From an uncultured virus (IMG/VR IMGVR_UViG_3300024306_000016) (taxonomy: Duplodnaviria > Heunggongvirae > Uroviricota > Caudoviricetes): DNA of 64,000 bases. The notes beneath the pieces were generated by a model. The model did not search any database. It saw only the letters and a program-made list of their open reading frames with translations, and was not told the origin of the DNA. This document shows positions 28,564 through 37,905 of the stretch, piece by piece. The stretch is taken from the IMG/VR virus record IMGVR_UViG_3300024306_000016; one strand, written 5' to 3'. The position numbers were made by a program, and so were the translations under genes. Within the stretch, counting starts at the first letter, position 1. The number at the start of each line of letters is the position of its first letter.

Positions 28564-29769
28564 ATGATAGATAAAAAACCCTTTACAGAACTGCTTGCAG
28601 GACTAAAAGAAAACGGAAAATATCGTGTTTTTAACGACATCGTGCGTGAGCGAGGCAAGTTTCCCACAGCATTATGGTATGGTCCTTACAATATCAAGAA
28701 CATCGTAAACTGGTGCTCCAACGATTACCTTGGCATGGGTCAGCACAAAGTTGTCTTAGACGCTATGCACACAGCCTTAGATCATACAGGATCAGGTTCG
28801 GGCGGTACACGCAACATCGGCGGTACCAGCCACTATCACGTAGCTCTAGAACACGAGCTAGCACTACTACACAATAAGGCGCGAGCACTGTTGTTCAGCA
28901 GTGCATATGTGGCCAACGAATGGACTCTTATCGCACTAGCTAAGATCATTCCTAACATACAATACATCAGCGATGAGAATAATCACAACTCGATCATCGT
29001 TGGTATCAGTCACAGCAAGGCATCTAAACAGGTATTCAAGCACAATGACATGGCTGACCTAGAAGATAAACTAGTCAACGCCCAGTTAACTGGTCATGTT
29101 CCTTGTATCGTATTTGAGTCAGTTTATTCTATGGATGGTGATGTAGGCAAGATCAAAGAGATCTGCGATCTCGCAGACAAGTATCATGCCATGACCTATA
29201 TTGATGAAGTACACGCGGTAGGACTCTATGGCGCCCACGGTGGCGGTAAAGTAGAAGAACTAGGATTGGAGTCTAGGATTGATATAATCAATGGTACACT
29301 AGGCAAAGCCTATGGAGTCCAAGGCGGCTATATTGCTGCCGATAGTGACGTCATCGATGCCATACGTTCAGTGGCAGCTGGATTCATCTTTACTACCAGC
29401 ATGAGTCCTGTGGCCTGTGCAGGTGCCCTAGCTGCTGTGAAGTATCTCAAGGATCATAATGAGATACGAGAGAAACATCAAGAACGTGCTCGTAAACTCA
29501 AACACAGACTAAAGGTAGCAGGTATTCCTGTTATGGAATGCTCTACTACTCACATCGTTCCTGTGCTTGTAGGTGATGCTAAGAAGTGTAAGTCAATGAG
29601 TGATATGCTGTTAGCAGAACACAATATCTATGTGCAGCCAATCAACTATCCTACTGTGGACGTAGGCACAGAGCGTTTACGCTTTGCACCTACACCATTC
29701 CATAATGATTCTATGATTGAGGATCTGGTAACTGCGCTGGTTGCCGTGTTTGAGAGTCACCGGGACTAA
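28564..29769 (+). CDS. hemA: 5-aminolevulinate synthase (Shemin/C4 pathway)
   Basis: [48 protein letters not shown] (PLP Lys), GFIFTTS, INYPTV. Confidence 0.93.
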   Translation: MIDKKPFTELLAGLKENGKYRVFNDIVRERGKFPTALWYGPYNIKNIVNWCSNDYLGMGQHKVVLDAMHTALDHTGSGSGGTRNIGGTSHYHVALEHELALLHNKARALLFSSAYVANEWTLIALAKIIPNIQYISDENNHNSIIVGISHSKASKQVFKHNDMADLEDKLVNAQLTGHVPCIVFESVYSMDGDVGKIKEICDLADKYHAMTYIDEVHAVGLYGAHGGGKVEELGLESRIDIINGTLGKAYGVQGGYIAADSDVIDAIRSVAAGFIFTTSMSPVACAGALAAVKYLKDHNEIREKHQERARKLKHRLKVAGIPVMECSTTHIVPVLVGDAKKCKSMSDMLLAEHNIYVQPINYPTVDVGTERLRFAPTPFHNDSMIEDLVTALVAVFESHRD

Positions 29770-30103
29770 TACGATAACGATCCTCTCCGTTTTCAGTGGT
29801 TCCCACTTCAAAGATAATGCCGCTATCGCTAAGGCAAGTTAGTTGATGTGGACTCAAAGGCGCTACTTCAAAGGCACTGCCTGTCTGAAGTTCTATCTCT
29901 CTATGTTCGCCAGTCTTGGTATCAACAAAGTTTAGTTTAAATGTGCCTTCATTAATGAACCAGCTCTTTCTACGTTCGCTGTGATAGACCATGCTAGTCT
30001 TAGCGCCTGCACGTTCAAAGACTAAGAGCTTGCCGCTATACTTTTCATTGTTGCACCAAAGGATTTCAAATCCCCAACCTCTTTCTATTCTTCCTAGATC
30101 CAT
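29711..30103 (-). CDS. cupin-fold protein (mannose-6-phosphate isomerase type II-like)
   Basis: RGWGFE...YSGKLL...SMVYH...PHQL...FEVGT. Confidence 0.7.
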   Translation of the reverse strand: MDLGRIERGWGFEILWCNNEKYSGKLLVFERAGAKTSMVYHSERRKSWFINEGTFKLNFVDTKTGEHREIELQTGSAFEVAPLSPHQLTCLSDSGIIFEVGTTENGEDRYRISPGDSQTRQPAQLPDPQS

Positions 30104-30693
30104 TATGGTCTCCGATCGATGATTTGATCTACTAGACCATAGGCCTTGGCTTCTTCTGCTGACATAAACGTATCACGATCCATGTCACGTTCAAAGTCTT
30201 GATAGGTCTTGCCCGCAGTATTGTGCTTGACATAGAGCTCAGTTAAGATAGTTTTCATCTTAGTGATCTCTTTGTATTGGATTTCGATATCGCTCTGCAT
30301 ACCACGAGCACCTCCCGATGGTTGGTGGATCATATGACGTGCATAGGGCAACATAAACCTTTTACCTTTGGCTCCTGCCTGTGCAAGGAAACTGCCCATT
30401 GAGCAGGCTTGACCCATTACATAGGTTGCTACGTCTGGCTTAATAAACTGCATGGTATCATAGATAGCCATACCTGCTGTGATAACACCGCCAGGACTGT
30501 TAATAAACAAACTGATGTCTTGATCAGGATTTTCACTTTCTAAGAATAGCAACTGTGCTACGATAGTATTAGCCATGTTATCTTCTACAGGACCATTCAA
30601 CATGATGATCCGTTCTTTGAGCAAGCGACTGTAGATATCGTAGGCACGCTCACCCTTGCTGGTAGTTTCGATAACCATTGGAATCAAACTCAT
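30103..30693 (-). CDS. clpP: ATP-dependent Clp protease proteolytic subunit
   Basis: [23 protein letters not shown] (Ser), MIHQP (His), DRD (Asp). Confidence 0.96.
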   Translation of the reverse strand: MSLIPMVIETTSKGERAYDIYSRLLKERIIMLNGPVEDNMANTIVAQLLFLESENPDQDISLFINSPGGVITAGMAIYDTMQFIKPDVATYVMGQACSMGSFLAQAGAKGKRFMLPYARHMIHQPSGGARGMQSDIEIQYKEITKMKTILTELYVKHNTAGKTYQDFERDMDRDTFMSAEEAKAYGLVDQIIDRRP

Positions 30694-30722
30694 AGTCTTT
30701 CCTTTTTGTTGTAAGTTGTATT

Positions 30723-30751
30723 AGTATAATGTGGCAACTTGGACACGTCAA
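30723..30751 (-). promoter_or_regulatory. sigma70 promoter for clpP
   Basis: TTGACG-17-TATACT on minus strand. Confidence 0.65.
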
Positions 30752-30838
30752 CTATATTTTATCTCAAAAGGCTCTTGTTTTCAGCAATATATGAGTATAT
30801 AATGAATCTTGTAGTTAAATACTCAAAAGTAGCAAATC

Positions 30839-31357
30839 ATGACAACACTTCTATTAAATGCCGACGCTCAGCCAGTCAGCCTGCTACCACTTAGCACTGT
30901 AGATTGGCAAGAAGCGATCAGATATCTAGTCCTGGACAAGGTCCGTGTGATGAGTTGGTACGACGATTGGATCGTTCGTTCTGCTCGTTGGGAGACCCGC
31001 GTCCCTGCGGTCATGATGCTCAAAGAGTATCAGAAGACTAAAAACTATGTGCGTTTGAGTAAACGTAATGTGTTCCTGCGTGACCGTTATATCTGTCAAT
31101 ACTGCGGTACACAATGCCAAAGCGAAAACGCCACTTTGGACCATGTGCATCCAATCAGCCTGGGTGGTAAGACCACTTGGGATAACAGTACTACGGCCTG
31201 CAAACGCTGTAACTACGAAAAGGCTGCGCATACCAAAATGAAGCCCAAAATCAAACCCTACAAGCCAGATTACTGGGAACTTGCAGAAAAACGTAAGAAA
31301 ATGGGTTACCATATCGCTCATCCAAGTTGGCGAGATTGGTTGGGCATAGAGGGTTGA
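30839..31357 (+). CDS. HNH endonuclease
   Basis: RNVFLRDRYICQYCG...TLDHVHP...GG...W.N..TACKRCN. Confidence 0.9.
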   Translation: MTTLLLNADAQPVSLLPLSTVDWQEAIRYLVLDKVRVMSWYDDWIVRSARWETRVPAVMMLKEYQKTKNYVRLSKRNVFLRDRYICQYCGTQCQSENATLDHVHPISLGGKTTWDNSTTACKRCNYEKAAHTKMKPKIKPYKPDYWELAEKRKKMGYHIAHPSWRDWLGIEG

Positions 31358-31382
31358 CAAACTGCTTCTAAGGTGCTATACT
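31354..31382 (+). promoter_or_regulatory. sigma70 promoter
   Basis: TTGACA-17-TATACT, then AGGAGC leader. Confidence 0.8.
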
Positions 31383-31412
31383 ATTGTCATAGTTAACACT
31401 TTAGGAGCAACC

Positions 31413-31772
31413 TTGAAAGATACCCGCTATTGGTTAGTCAGCTGGGACAACCTCGGTGTTGAGTTTCTCGAGGAAATCACAGACAGCCACCCAGACAACT
31501 GGGCTAAGAAGCATCTGTTTGATTCTATCAAGTATTCTAAAAAAATCGAAGCGCCTCTAAGTTTTAATCTCAGCCACTTAGTGATGCGGGCTCAGATGAA
31601 TAGTCATCGCCACTACGAGATCTATGTGTTTACCAGCACCGCAGATATCGGTCTAAATGAAATAAAGATTTGGACTGACAGCGACCCGCAAGGATTCGCA
31701 GATTGGGTCCGTGAAAACTATTCTTATCAAGTTTTTAGCAACCGTAAAACTACGAAAGACGTGATCGTATGA
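31413..31772 (+). CDS. hypothetical protein
   Basis: TTG start after AGGAG; coupled to the ligase. Confidence 0.65.
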   Translation: MKDTRYWLVSWDNLGVEFLEEITDSHPDNWAKKHLFDSIKYSKKIEAPLSFNLSHLVMRAQMNSHRHYEIYVFTSTADIGLNEIKIWTDSDPQGFADWVRENYSYQVFSNRKTTKDVIV

Positions 31773-33106
31773 GAACACAACCACAGACTATCATCCAGCA
31801 ACTAGAAGCAGACAACTCACGACTGGCCAAAGAAGCTATCCTAGCCAAGGCCATGCAAGAAGGACTCGATGAGTTCTTCGAAGGTCTGCGTATGTGCTTG
31901 GACAAACTACATACATTTGGCATCAAGCAGGTGCCCGTAAAAGAGGAAGACGATGGACAGGGACTATCTTGGACTAACTTTATTGAGCTTGCGGACAGTC
32001 TATATCGCCGTAGGCTTACTGGGCATGCCGCTAGGGATGCTGTTAATCTGGCTATGTCAGTAGCTACCAAAGAGCAATGGAACGATTGGTATCGACGTAT
32101 CCTTATCAAAGACCTGCGCTGTGGTGTTTCAGAAAAGACGGTAAACTCCGTGGCCAAGGACACGGGGTTGACTCAATACCGTGTGCCTGTGTTTGAGTGC
32201 ATGTTGGCACACGACGGAGCCAATCACGAAAGCAAGATCACAGGCAAGAAGATCCTGCAACGCAAACTAGATGGTGTGCGCTGTCTTACTGTAGTAGACT
32301 TTGAAAGCCGTACTGTTACCATGTACACACGCAACGGTAAAGAGTTGGCTAACTTTCCGCATATCGTTAAGGCCTTTGAAGATAACCTAGACAACTTTGG
32401 ACGTAGTTTTGTCTTTGACGGTGAAGTCATGAGCGAAACATTCCAGGATTTGATGAAGCAAGTGCATCGCAAGGACAATGTGCAGAGCGGTGATGCTGTG
32501 CTACATCTCTTTGACATCGTGCCTTTGGTAGAGTTCAAGCAGGGTCAGAGCTCCATGGGTCAGCGACGCCGTGTTAACTTCCTCAAGGGCTTTGAAAACA
32601 TCTTTGCTGACGCAGGCTGTATCACTATCGTTCCACAGATCGAAGTGGATCTAGATCAGTTCGTAGGCAAGATCGAGTTCCAGGACTTTAACAAACAGAT
32701 GATCGCTGAGGGCTACGAGGGCATCATGATCAAGGATCCTGAAGCCAAATACGAGTGCAAACGTAGCACCAGCTGGCTCAAGCAAAAGCCCTATATCGAA
32801 GTAACATTGACGGTCACGGCTGTGGAAGAGGGCACTGGCCGTAATCAAGGACGTTTGGGTGCCCTAGTATGTGAAGGTGTAGATGATGGAAAGAGTATCG
32901 CAGTTAACGTGGGCAGTGGATTCAGTGACAGCCAGCGTAAAGAGTTTTGGGAAGCCTACACGCTTCGAGCCGATAGCATCGTGGGTCAGGTCATTGAAGT
33001 CCGAGCGGATGCGGCGACTAGGAGCCAAGATAGTGAAGACCTATACTCGCTACGGTTCCCCAGATTCCTTCGATTCCGCGGTTTTGCGAAAGGTGAAAAA
33101 ATCTAA
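31769..33106 (+). CDS. lig: ATP-dependent DNA ligase
   Basis: KLDGVR, FDGE, FDIV, EGIMIK, WLKQK, LRFPRF. Confidence 0.95.
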   Translation: MRTQPQTIIQQLEADNSRLAKEAILAKAMQEGLDEFFEGLRMCLDKLHTFGIKQVPVKEEDDGQGLSWTNFIELADSLYRRRLTGHAARDAVNLAMSVATKEQWNDWYRRILIKDLRCGVSEKTVNSVAKDTGLTQYRVPVFECMLAHDGANHESKITGKKILQRKLDGVRCLTVVDFESRTVTMYTRNGKELANFPHIVKAFEDNLDNFGRSFVFDGEVMSETFQDLMKQVHRKDNVQSGDAVLHLFDIVPLVEFKQGQSSMGQRRRVNFLKGFENIFADAGCITIVPQIEVDLDQFVGKIEFQDFNKQMIAEGYEGIMIKDPEAKYECKRSTSWLKQKPYIEVTLTVTAVEEGTGRNQGRLGALVCEGVDDGKSIAVNVGSGFSDSQRKEFWEAYTLRADSIVGQVIEVRADAATRSQDSEDLYSLRFPRFLRFRGFAKGEKI

Positions 33107-33107
33107 A

Positions 33108-33347
33108 ATGGATCGACAGGCTATCAAAGACCTAACCTACGGTGGCATACAAGAACTGCTTAAAAACCGTACCTACTACTATCACAGCTCAGTGGGCTCG
33201 GGCTATAGTCATTGGACTGAAGAAGGCAAGGCTGCGCTGGCGGAGTTCATGAACATGGTGGGCTTTGAAATGCTACGTGCTGAAGAAGCTGAACTGGACC
33301 GTCGTGCCAAAAAGATGGTCATGGATGGATTGAAAGGCGTAAAATGA
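33108..33347 (+). CDS. hypothetical protein
   Basis: Start moved to ATG 33108, right after the ligase stop. Confidence 0.65.
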   Translation: MDRQAIKDLTYGGIQELLKNRTYYYHSSVGSGYSHWTEEGKAALAEFMNMVGFEMLRAEEAELDRRAKKMVMDGLKGVK

Positions 33348-33607
33348 AGTTATTTCTAGGATGGGTCCTGCATCTCATACAGGGCCTTAAGTTTTGGCAG
33401 TGGACTTTCTTTGTGGGTTGGGGCCTGCTGATCACCAGCTGGCTCACTGAAGATCCCGTCAGACTCTACTGCAACTTGGGCGCCATGGCCATATTCTTAT
33501 TTTGGATTTTCAAGTGGTTCTTGGTAGAGCCCTTGATGGAAAGCTGGCATCGTTATCGCGAACAACGCGAACGCTTATTCGATACTATCAAGAACAGCGA
33601 TCACTAA
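33344..33607 (+). CDS. membrane protein
   Basis: Two Trp-rich TM segments. Confidence 0.6.
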   Translation: MKLFLGWVLHLIQGLKFWQWTFFVGWGLLITSWLTEDPVRLYCNLGAMAIFLFWIFKWFLVEPLMESWHRYREQRERLFDTIKNSDH

Positions 33608-34161
33608 AGCCAAGCATTCACAGCCTGATGCCCACAGAGCTCAGTGCTGTTAGACCATAGATCCGCAGGATCCTGCTCAAAGAGCCAATCAGGGCTGGGA
33701 CCACGAGCTATGAGCCAGCTAGAGCTGTGATGCCAGGGTGGGCTACCACGTAGCTCTGCTTCCAACTGTTCTGGAGCCCAAGCACAGAGCCCAAACATAA
33801 AACGAAAGTGTCGAGGGTAGTCACCATCTGCCACACAGGCAAACATCTTTTCATCGCTGGTCATAGACCAATGCTCGTTGATCTCTATGGTCTCCATCAT
33901 GGACCACTCTGAACTGTGCAGCATCCAAACTGTAGTGGTGTTCACAGGGCCACCCCAGTACAGAGGAAAGTTCATGCGTTCGGGCAGATTAAGATCCACT
34001 TCACGTGCTAGATCTAGCAGTGTATGAGGTGTGGGTTTATTGATGGTCAAGCCCGCCCAGCCCCCTTGGTGTTGCTGTGTCAGCATGATCACTGACTTTT
34101 TAAAACGTAGGTCGGGCATCTTTGGGGGTGCTATGAGTAGATCACCTAGTTCTAGATGCAT
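33604..34161 (-). CDS. yqgE: YqgE/AlgH (DUF179) family protein
   Basis: LLIAPP.M.D..F..SVI, GLTINKP, GGPV, G..AW...QLEAEL. Confidence 0.85.
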   Translation of the reverse strand: MHLELGDLLIAPPKMPDLRFKKSVIMLTQQHQGGWAGLTINKPTPHTLLDLAREVDLNLPERMNFPLYWGGPVNTTTVWMLHSSEWSMMETIEINEHWSMTSDEKMFACVADGDYPRHFRFMFGLCAWAPEQLEAELRGSPPWHHSSSWLIARGPSPDWLFEQDPADLWSNSTELCGHQAVNAWL

Positions 34162-34167
34162 GATCTG

Positions 34168-34410
34168 TCAACTCCAGTCTGGTAAGGGGCCGCCGTATTT
34201 CTTGCCCTTGATACGTTTTCCTCGGACCTTGATGCGCTCTGAGCCTACCTTGTGGCTCTTGCCCCCATCACGGCTACGATAGCCCTGGCTCTTGCATGAA
34301 GCCAGTTGGCTAGCACCTAGGGCCGAGTCTGGCTTACCGCTTAGGCAAAGGTCTCTGCTCGCGGGTTCTTCGTCTACTAGTGATTCTCTGATGATTTCGT
34401 TGATTTTCAT
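34168..34410 (-). CDS. putative virion protein
   Basis: MKINEIIRE N-terminus; YGGPLPDWS. Confidence 0.6.
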   Translation of the reverse strand: MKINEIIRESLVDEEPASRDLCLSGKPDSALGASQLASCKSQGYRSRDGGKSHKVGSERIKVRGKRIKGKKYGGPLPDWS

Positions 34411-34817
34411 GCGTAGGTGCCTCGAGGGTGTGTGGGCCATGTGATGTCATAGGGCCATCCTGGCTGCGAAGGTAGATCTCTCAGGGCCTGACGGAATGCA
34501 GTCCAAGAGTGCTGTTGCTGTGTGGTCATCTGTGCCCAGCGATCTGGTAGTACATAGACGTCACTTTCTCTAAGGAACTTGTCACGTTGACTGCGTGTGG
34601 CCAGGGTGTCTTCTGCGAGCCTACTTACTCGTTCTTGTGCAGTGATAGTTCTAGTCTGCCACTGTAGATGCCACTGTCCATTGACCTGTACAGGACCCAC
34701 TTGTTCTACTATCGTGCGGCGATCCATGGGCTTAGAATGGTCGGGTTCTGGGGGCGCATCAAGCTGGATGTTCTGGCCCTGATCTCTTAGCTGGCGATAT
34801 AGTTGTTGGTCAATCAT
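34407..34817 (-). CDS. tail fibre assembly chaperone-like protein
   Basis: R..RD..L.ESD...W..FRQALRDLPSQPGWP.DITWP. Confidence 0.75.
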   Translation of the reverse strand: MIDQQLYRQLRDQGQNIQLDAPPEPDHSKPMDRRTIVEQVGPVQVNGQWHLQWQTRTITAQERVSRLAEDTLATRSQRDKFLRESDVYVLPDRWAQMTTQQQHSWTAFRQALRDLPSQPGWPYDITWPTHPRGTYA

Positions 34818-34825
34818 ATGTGTAT

Positions 34826-35281
34826 TTACGCTCCGTAGATGATGCCCGCGACTAATATGTCACGGGTCAGCTGTTTCTTTAGTGTTTTGAAGTCTGCGCC
34901 CACATCATACCACTGTATGTAGCCACGTTCATCGTGATAAAGCACCTGTGGTGTCGTTGATGTGACATCGGGTATAGTATTGCCCACAGCATCCTGTCCA
35001 GGTAGGCCACGTGGACCCTGTTCGCCCGGGGCTCCCTGTGGACCTTGTGGTCCAGCGATAGTGACTATGCCTGTGACTGTGTCAGTGGTAGCTGTGCTGC
35101 CCGCAGCGACCTGTACAGTGACGGTGGCAGTGGCAGCAGCGGCAGCAACATCAGCAGTGGCTATACCATAGCTCACAGGGTTCAATCGCAGGGTAGTAAC
35201 GCTGGTACCGTCTACTGCGCTTTGTCGTGTGAATCCCTGTGCAGCAGCAGTGACTAGATCGCTTCGTGTAGTGATGGCCAT
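34826..35281 (-). CDS. short collagen-repeat fibre-like protein
   Basis: GPQGPQGAPGEQGPRGLPGQD; GGAG SD before ATG 35281. Confidence 0.6.
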   Translation of the reverse strand: MAITTRSDLVTAAAQGFTRQSAVDGTSVTTLRLNPVSYGIATADVAAAAATATVTVQVAAGSTATTDTVTGIVTIAGPQGPQGAPGEQGPRGLPGQDAVGNTIPDVTSTTPQVLYHDERGYIQWYDVGADFKTLKKQLTRDILVAGIIYGA

Positions 35282-35496
35282 TATTCTCTCTCCACCCAAG
35301 TGCCCCAACCGGGAAACTCTGTGTCTATGACTGCCTGCATATGATCAGCATTGTGCATGGCTACCAAACTGTAGAAATCTTTAGAGCCCACACGCTCAGT
35401 CATGAGCATCATAGAGTTGTTGGGATCCGCGACGAATGCTCTAACAGACGCTAGTCGCTCAGAGTCAGGATCAGTGAGTTGATATATGATTCTCAT
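35281..35496 (-). CDS. hypothetical protein
   Basis: ATG 5 nt after TAAATA. Confidence 0.55.
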   Translation of the reverse strand: MRIIYQLTDPDSERLASVRAFVADPNNSMMLMTERVGSKDFYSLVAMHNADHMQAVIDTEFPGWGTWVERE

Positions 35497-35554
35497 ATAC
35501 ATATTTAACCCTAGTTCACAAGAATCCAAAAATGCAGAGCAGAGACTTTGACTA

Positions 35555-35600
35555 GGCGAAGCCCTAGCGCAATTTTTATAGCCGCGAAGCGGCAGCGGTC
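35555..35600 (+). repeat. GCGAAGC double mini-hairpin element, copy 1
   Basis: GGCGAAGC-cct-AGCGCAATTTTTA-ta-GCCGCGAAGCGGC-AGCGGT; inverted homologue at 52110-52150. Confidence 0.75.
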
Positions 35601-35611
35601 GCGAAGGGTTT

Positions 35612-35821
35612 CTAGCAGAAATCCAAATGCTGTTGACGAGTTAACTCAGGATACTGTAAGTGTATCCAAGCTAGATATCTCTCTGGAACGAAAAAGTCTA
35701 TGCAGTCCCCGCGAAACTCTAGATGACCGCCTAAGGGTTGTACGCGAGCCCATATGGCTTCTTGATCATAGGCAACCGTACTAGTAAGTCTTAGACACAC
35801 AAGCGATCTGCGATGTATCAC
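35612..35821 (-). CDS. hypothetical protein
   Basis: 69 aa ORF in a run of small minus-strand genes. Confidence 0.5.
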   Translation of the reverse strand: MIHRRSLVCLRLTSTVAYDQEAIWARVQPLGGHLEFRGDCIDFFVPERYLAWIHLQYPELTRQQHLDFC

Positions 35822-35822
35822 G

Positions 35823-36017
35823 TTATAAGAGTAATAGGAATGTGTACATGACCTCAGAGCATTCTATGAGCACTATGTAGCGATCACCAAAAAAGTCCAG
35901 TTGATCTGGATTGACTTCATCGCGTATGAGCGTGTGTATGATGCGTATGGGCTGGCCTGAGTCTATGAAGTCGTGTAGACGTTCCAGCTGGCCAAGATCA
36001 TAGTCTAGAGTGTACAT
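35823..36017 (-). CDS. hypothetical protein
   Basis: ATG 5 nt after TAAATA. Confidence 0.55.
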   Translation of the reverse strand: MYTLDYDLGQLERLHDFIDSGQPIRIIHTLIRDEVNPDQLDFFGDRYIVLIECSEVMYTFLLLL

Positions 36018-36073
36018 ACTGCTATTTAACGTAGAATCAGGGCTTGCGGGCCGCTAGAGGCTTAAATATGCAT

Positions 36074-36199
36074 ATGAATAAACTAGTTCGTACTGTAGTA
36101 GAAGATGATGTTTGGTACGTGTTAGCACTCTTATTATTGAGTGTGATCAGCTTTAACTTGGGTTTACTCATAGGCTGGATTTGGATACTAGCACGATGA
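36074..36199 (+). CDS. small membrane protein (41 aa, not in track)
   Basis: MNKLVRTVVEDDVWYVLALLLLSVISFNLGLLIGWIWILAR; 5 nt after TAAATA. Confidence 0.55.
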   Translation: MNKLVRTVVEDDVWYVLALLLLSVISFNLGLLIGWIWILAR

Positions 36200-36450
36200 T
36201 GTCAGTCTACTATCTAGTACACAAGGACACGGGTCGTAGACTGCGCTACTATAAGAATCGGGCAGGAGCCCGAATAGCCCAACGTGCTCGTAACTCGCAC
36301 TTGGGCTTTAAAGATCGTGTAGAACGAGTAGACATAGGCAACTGGGAAATGGAACAGTGTAGACTACAGGACGGAACTATAGTAGAAGCAACTTACTGTA
36401 TAGTAGAAGATACCGTAGATACCATAGACTTCATAGAAGCTGCAGACTAG
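36196..36450 (+). CDS. hypothetical protein
   Basis: ATGA-coupled to the previous ORF. Confidence 0.6.
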   Translation: MMSVYYLVHKDTGRRLRYYKNRAGARIAQRARNSHLGFKDRVERVDIGNWEMEQCRLQDGTIVEATYCIVEDTVDTIDFIEAAD

Positions 36451-36822
36451 CAGGCCCCGCTGCAAGATGTTGTGTGCTTGCGCACAACAACACTGGGTCA
36501 TGTGCGTATGCGCATACGGGTCAGTAAATGCAGAAAAGTGTGATTTACTGATCGGAGGTCTGCGTATAGACATCGCTACAGGGGGTCTAGGGTGCAAGAG
36601 AGTGCAGAAAAGTGTGGATTTGTGTGAAAAAGTGTGACCATTTAGCATAGCCTCTCTGACCACCGAAGCCAAAAAATCTTTTACCTTTTAGGCAGGATCT
36701 CTACCTTGCTCAAACGGCGTGATTCCACCATTATTCTACCACGATCTGACCACTCTTGATGGCCGTCCCATGGTGCAGTCATAGGCCCCGCTGCTAAGGA
36801 TACACACACTGTAAATACTAGT

Positions 36823-37020
36823 ATGCAGAAAGTTAGACTCATCACTGAATATCAAGACGGCCGTCCTGTATATACTGTACGCGATTCTTGGAATCTCACT
36901 GTCATACAGACCTCTAACTATACACTAGCACGTGGCTTCTTTGAGATGTGCAGTCGTGGGCACACGGCTCGTACACTGTTCATGATTAGTCGCAGGCCTC
37001 GTCGCTACTACTCTAGATAG
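36823..37020 (+). CDS. hypothetical protein
   Basis: ATG 5 nt after TAAATA. Confidence 0.55.
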   Translation: MQKVRLITEYQDGRPVYTVRDSWNLTVIQTSNYTLARGFFEMCSRGHTARTLFMISRRPRRYYSR

Positions 37021-37132
37021 CTAGGCCCCGCTGCTAAGGATACTATATTTTGGACTTGACAGACCTTGTGTGATCACATATAATATACACATGCGCAAGA
37101 AACGTTTGCTTAGCCAAAGTAGAGGAGAACCC

Positions 37133-37432
37133 ATGACACTTCCAGATGAACGATACCGTGCGGTCAGGATGGCCGAACGATTCATGCAGGATTTGCTGGA
37201 TCCACGTAAGACTCCTAGAGTGCCCAAGACTATACGTGCCCAGGCTCGCAGTGTACTACGTCATTATCCCTCAACGTATGATCTAGATCGTGCAGCACAG
37301 GCAAGTCCTGAGATCTTTACTAAGCAGCTAGATCCTCTCTACAAGATGGTCAAGCAGCATGACATGAGGGATCGCATGACTGAAGAAGTAGAAGAAGATC
37401 TACGCGAAGCCCGGAACACGGGACTTATATAA
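37133..37432 (+). CDS. conserved phage hypothetical protein
   Basis: MTLPDERYRAV...TPRVPK..R..A...LRHYP; AGGAG SD. Confidence 0.75.
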   Translation: MTLPDERYRAVRMAERFMQDLLDPRKTPRVPKTIRAQARSVLRHYPSTYDLDRAAQASPEIFTKQLDPLYKMVKQHDMRDRMTEEVEEDLREARNTGLI

Positions 37433-37565
37433 ACAGCAGCTACAGCAGCAGAGTTTTCCGGGGGGCCTATAGCTCAGACGGTTAGAGCAGTGGACTCATA
37501 ATCCATTGGTCCTTGGTTCGAATCCAAGTGGGCCCACCATCACAACAACAGCAGCTACAGCAGCA
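37432..37565 (+). repeat. 19 bp direct repeat flanking the tRNA
   Basis: AACAGCAGCTACAGCAGCA at 37432-37450 and 37547-37565. Confidence 0.85.
37463..37539 (+). tRNA. tRNA with CAT anticodon, most likely tRNA-Ile2 (lysidine, reads AUA)
   Basis: Acceptor GGGCCTA/TGGGCCC, D arm GCTC/GAGC, anticodon loop CTCATAA, TTCGAAT T loop, encoded CCA; lacks initiator features. Confidence 0.9.
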
Positions 37566-37568
37566 ACT

Positions 37569-37715
37569 ATGAAGAGATCTCCTAATCCCATGGACCCCCT
37601 AGACGATGTCAAACGTTGGTTCGCGGAGTTGTGGCCCGTGCAGCAGTGTGCGGTCATCGTGGGAGTTCTAGCTGCGCTCGCTGTACTAGTTGCCTGGGCC
37701 CTGCGAGGACCTTGA
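37569..37715 (+). CDS. small membrane protein
   Basis: Hydrophobic C-terminal half; start uncertain. Confidence 0.4.
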   Translation: MKRSPNPMDPLDDVKRWFAELWPVQQCAVIVGVLAALAVLVAWALRGP

Positions 37716-37803
37716 CCCCGAGGCTGCATGTGCTGCGAATTGACCGGGGTCATGGGTCGAGGTATGCGCAGCACGTGAGCTAGCTCCGGGGAATCTCCTA
37801 GAC

Positions 37804-37824
37804 TGTGGATAACCCTGTGGATAA
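37804..37824 (-). promoter_or_regulatory. two tandem consensus DnaA boxes
   Basis: TGTGGATAA (= TTATCCACA) at 37804-37812 and 37816-37824. Confidence 0.7.
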
Positions 37825-37905
37825 CTTTTTTTAAACGAGTTGGCGATTTTGGTTGACAGATTGGGCTAGGGGTGCTATACTATATGCATAATGAAGGAGC
37901 GAGCA

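Noticed and set aside
30839..31357. HNH or EndoVII genes as mobile homing elements
   Set aside because: Free-standing with no intron or visible insertion boundaries; mobility unsupported
37540..37600. HDV-like (theta) ribozyme after the tRNA
   Set aside because: Downstream sequence is low-complexity CAG/CAA repeat with no nested double pseudoknot
37496..37774. ORFs overlapping the tRNA (37496-37774 minus; 5' part of 37506-37715)
   Set aside because: Shadow translations of the tRNA and repeats
37451..37797. Long-range pairing GAGTTTTCCGGGG with CTCCGGGGAATCTC
   Set aside because: Needs several G-U pairs and a bulge; could be chance in a GC-rich patch
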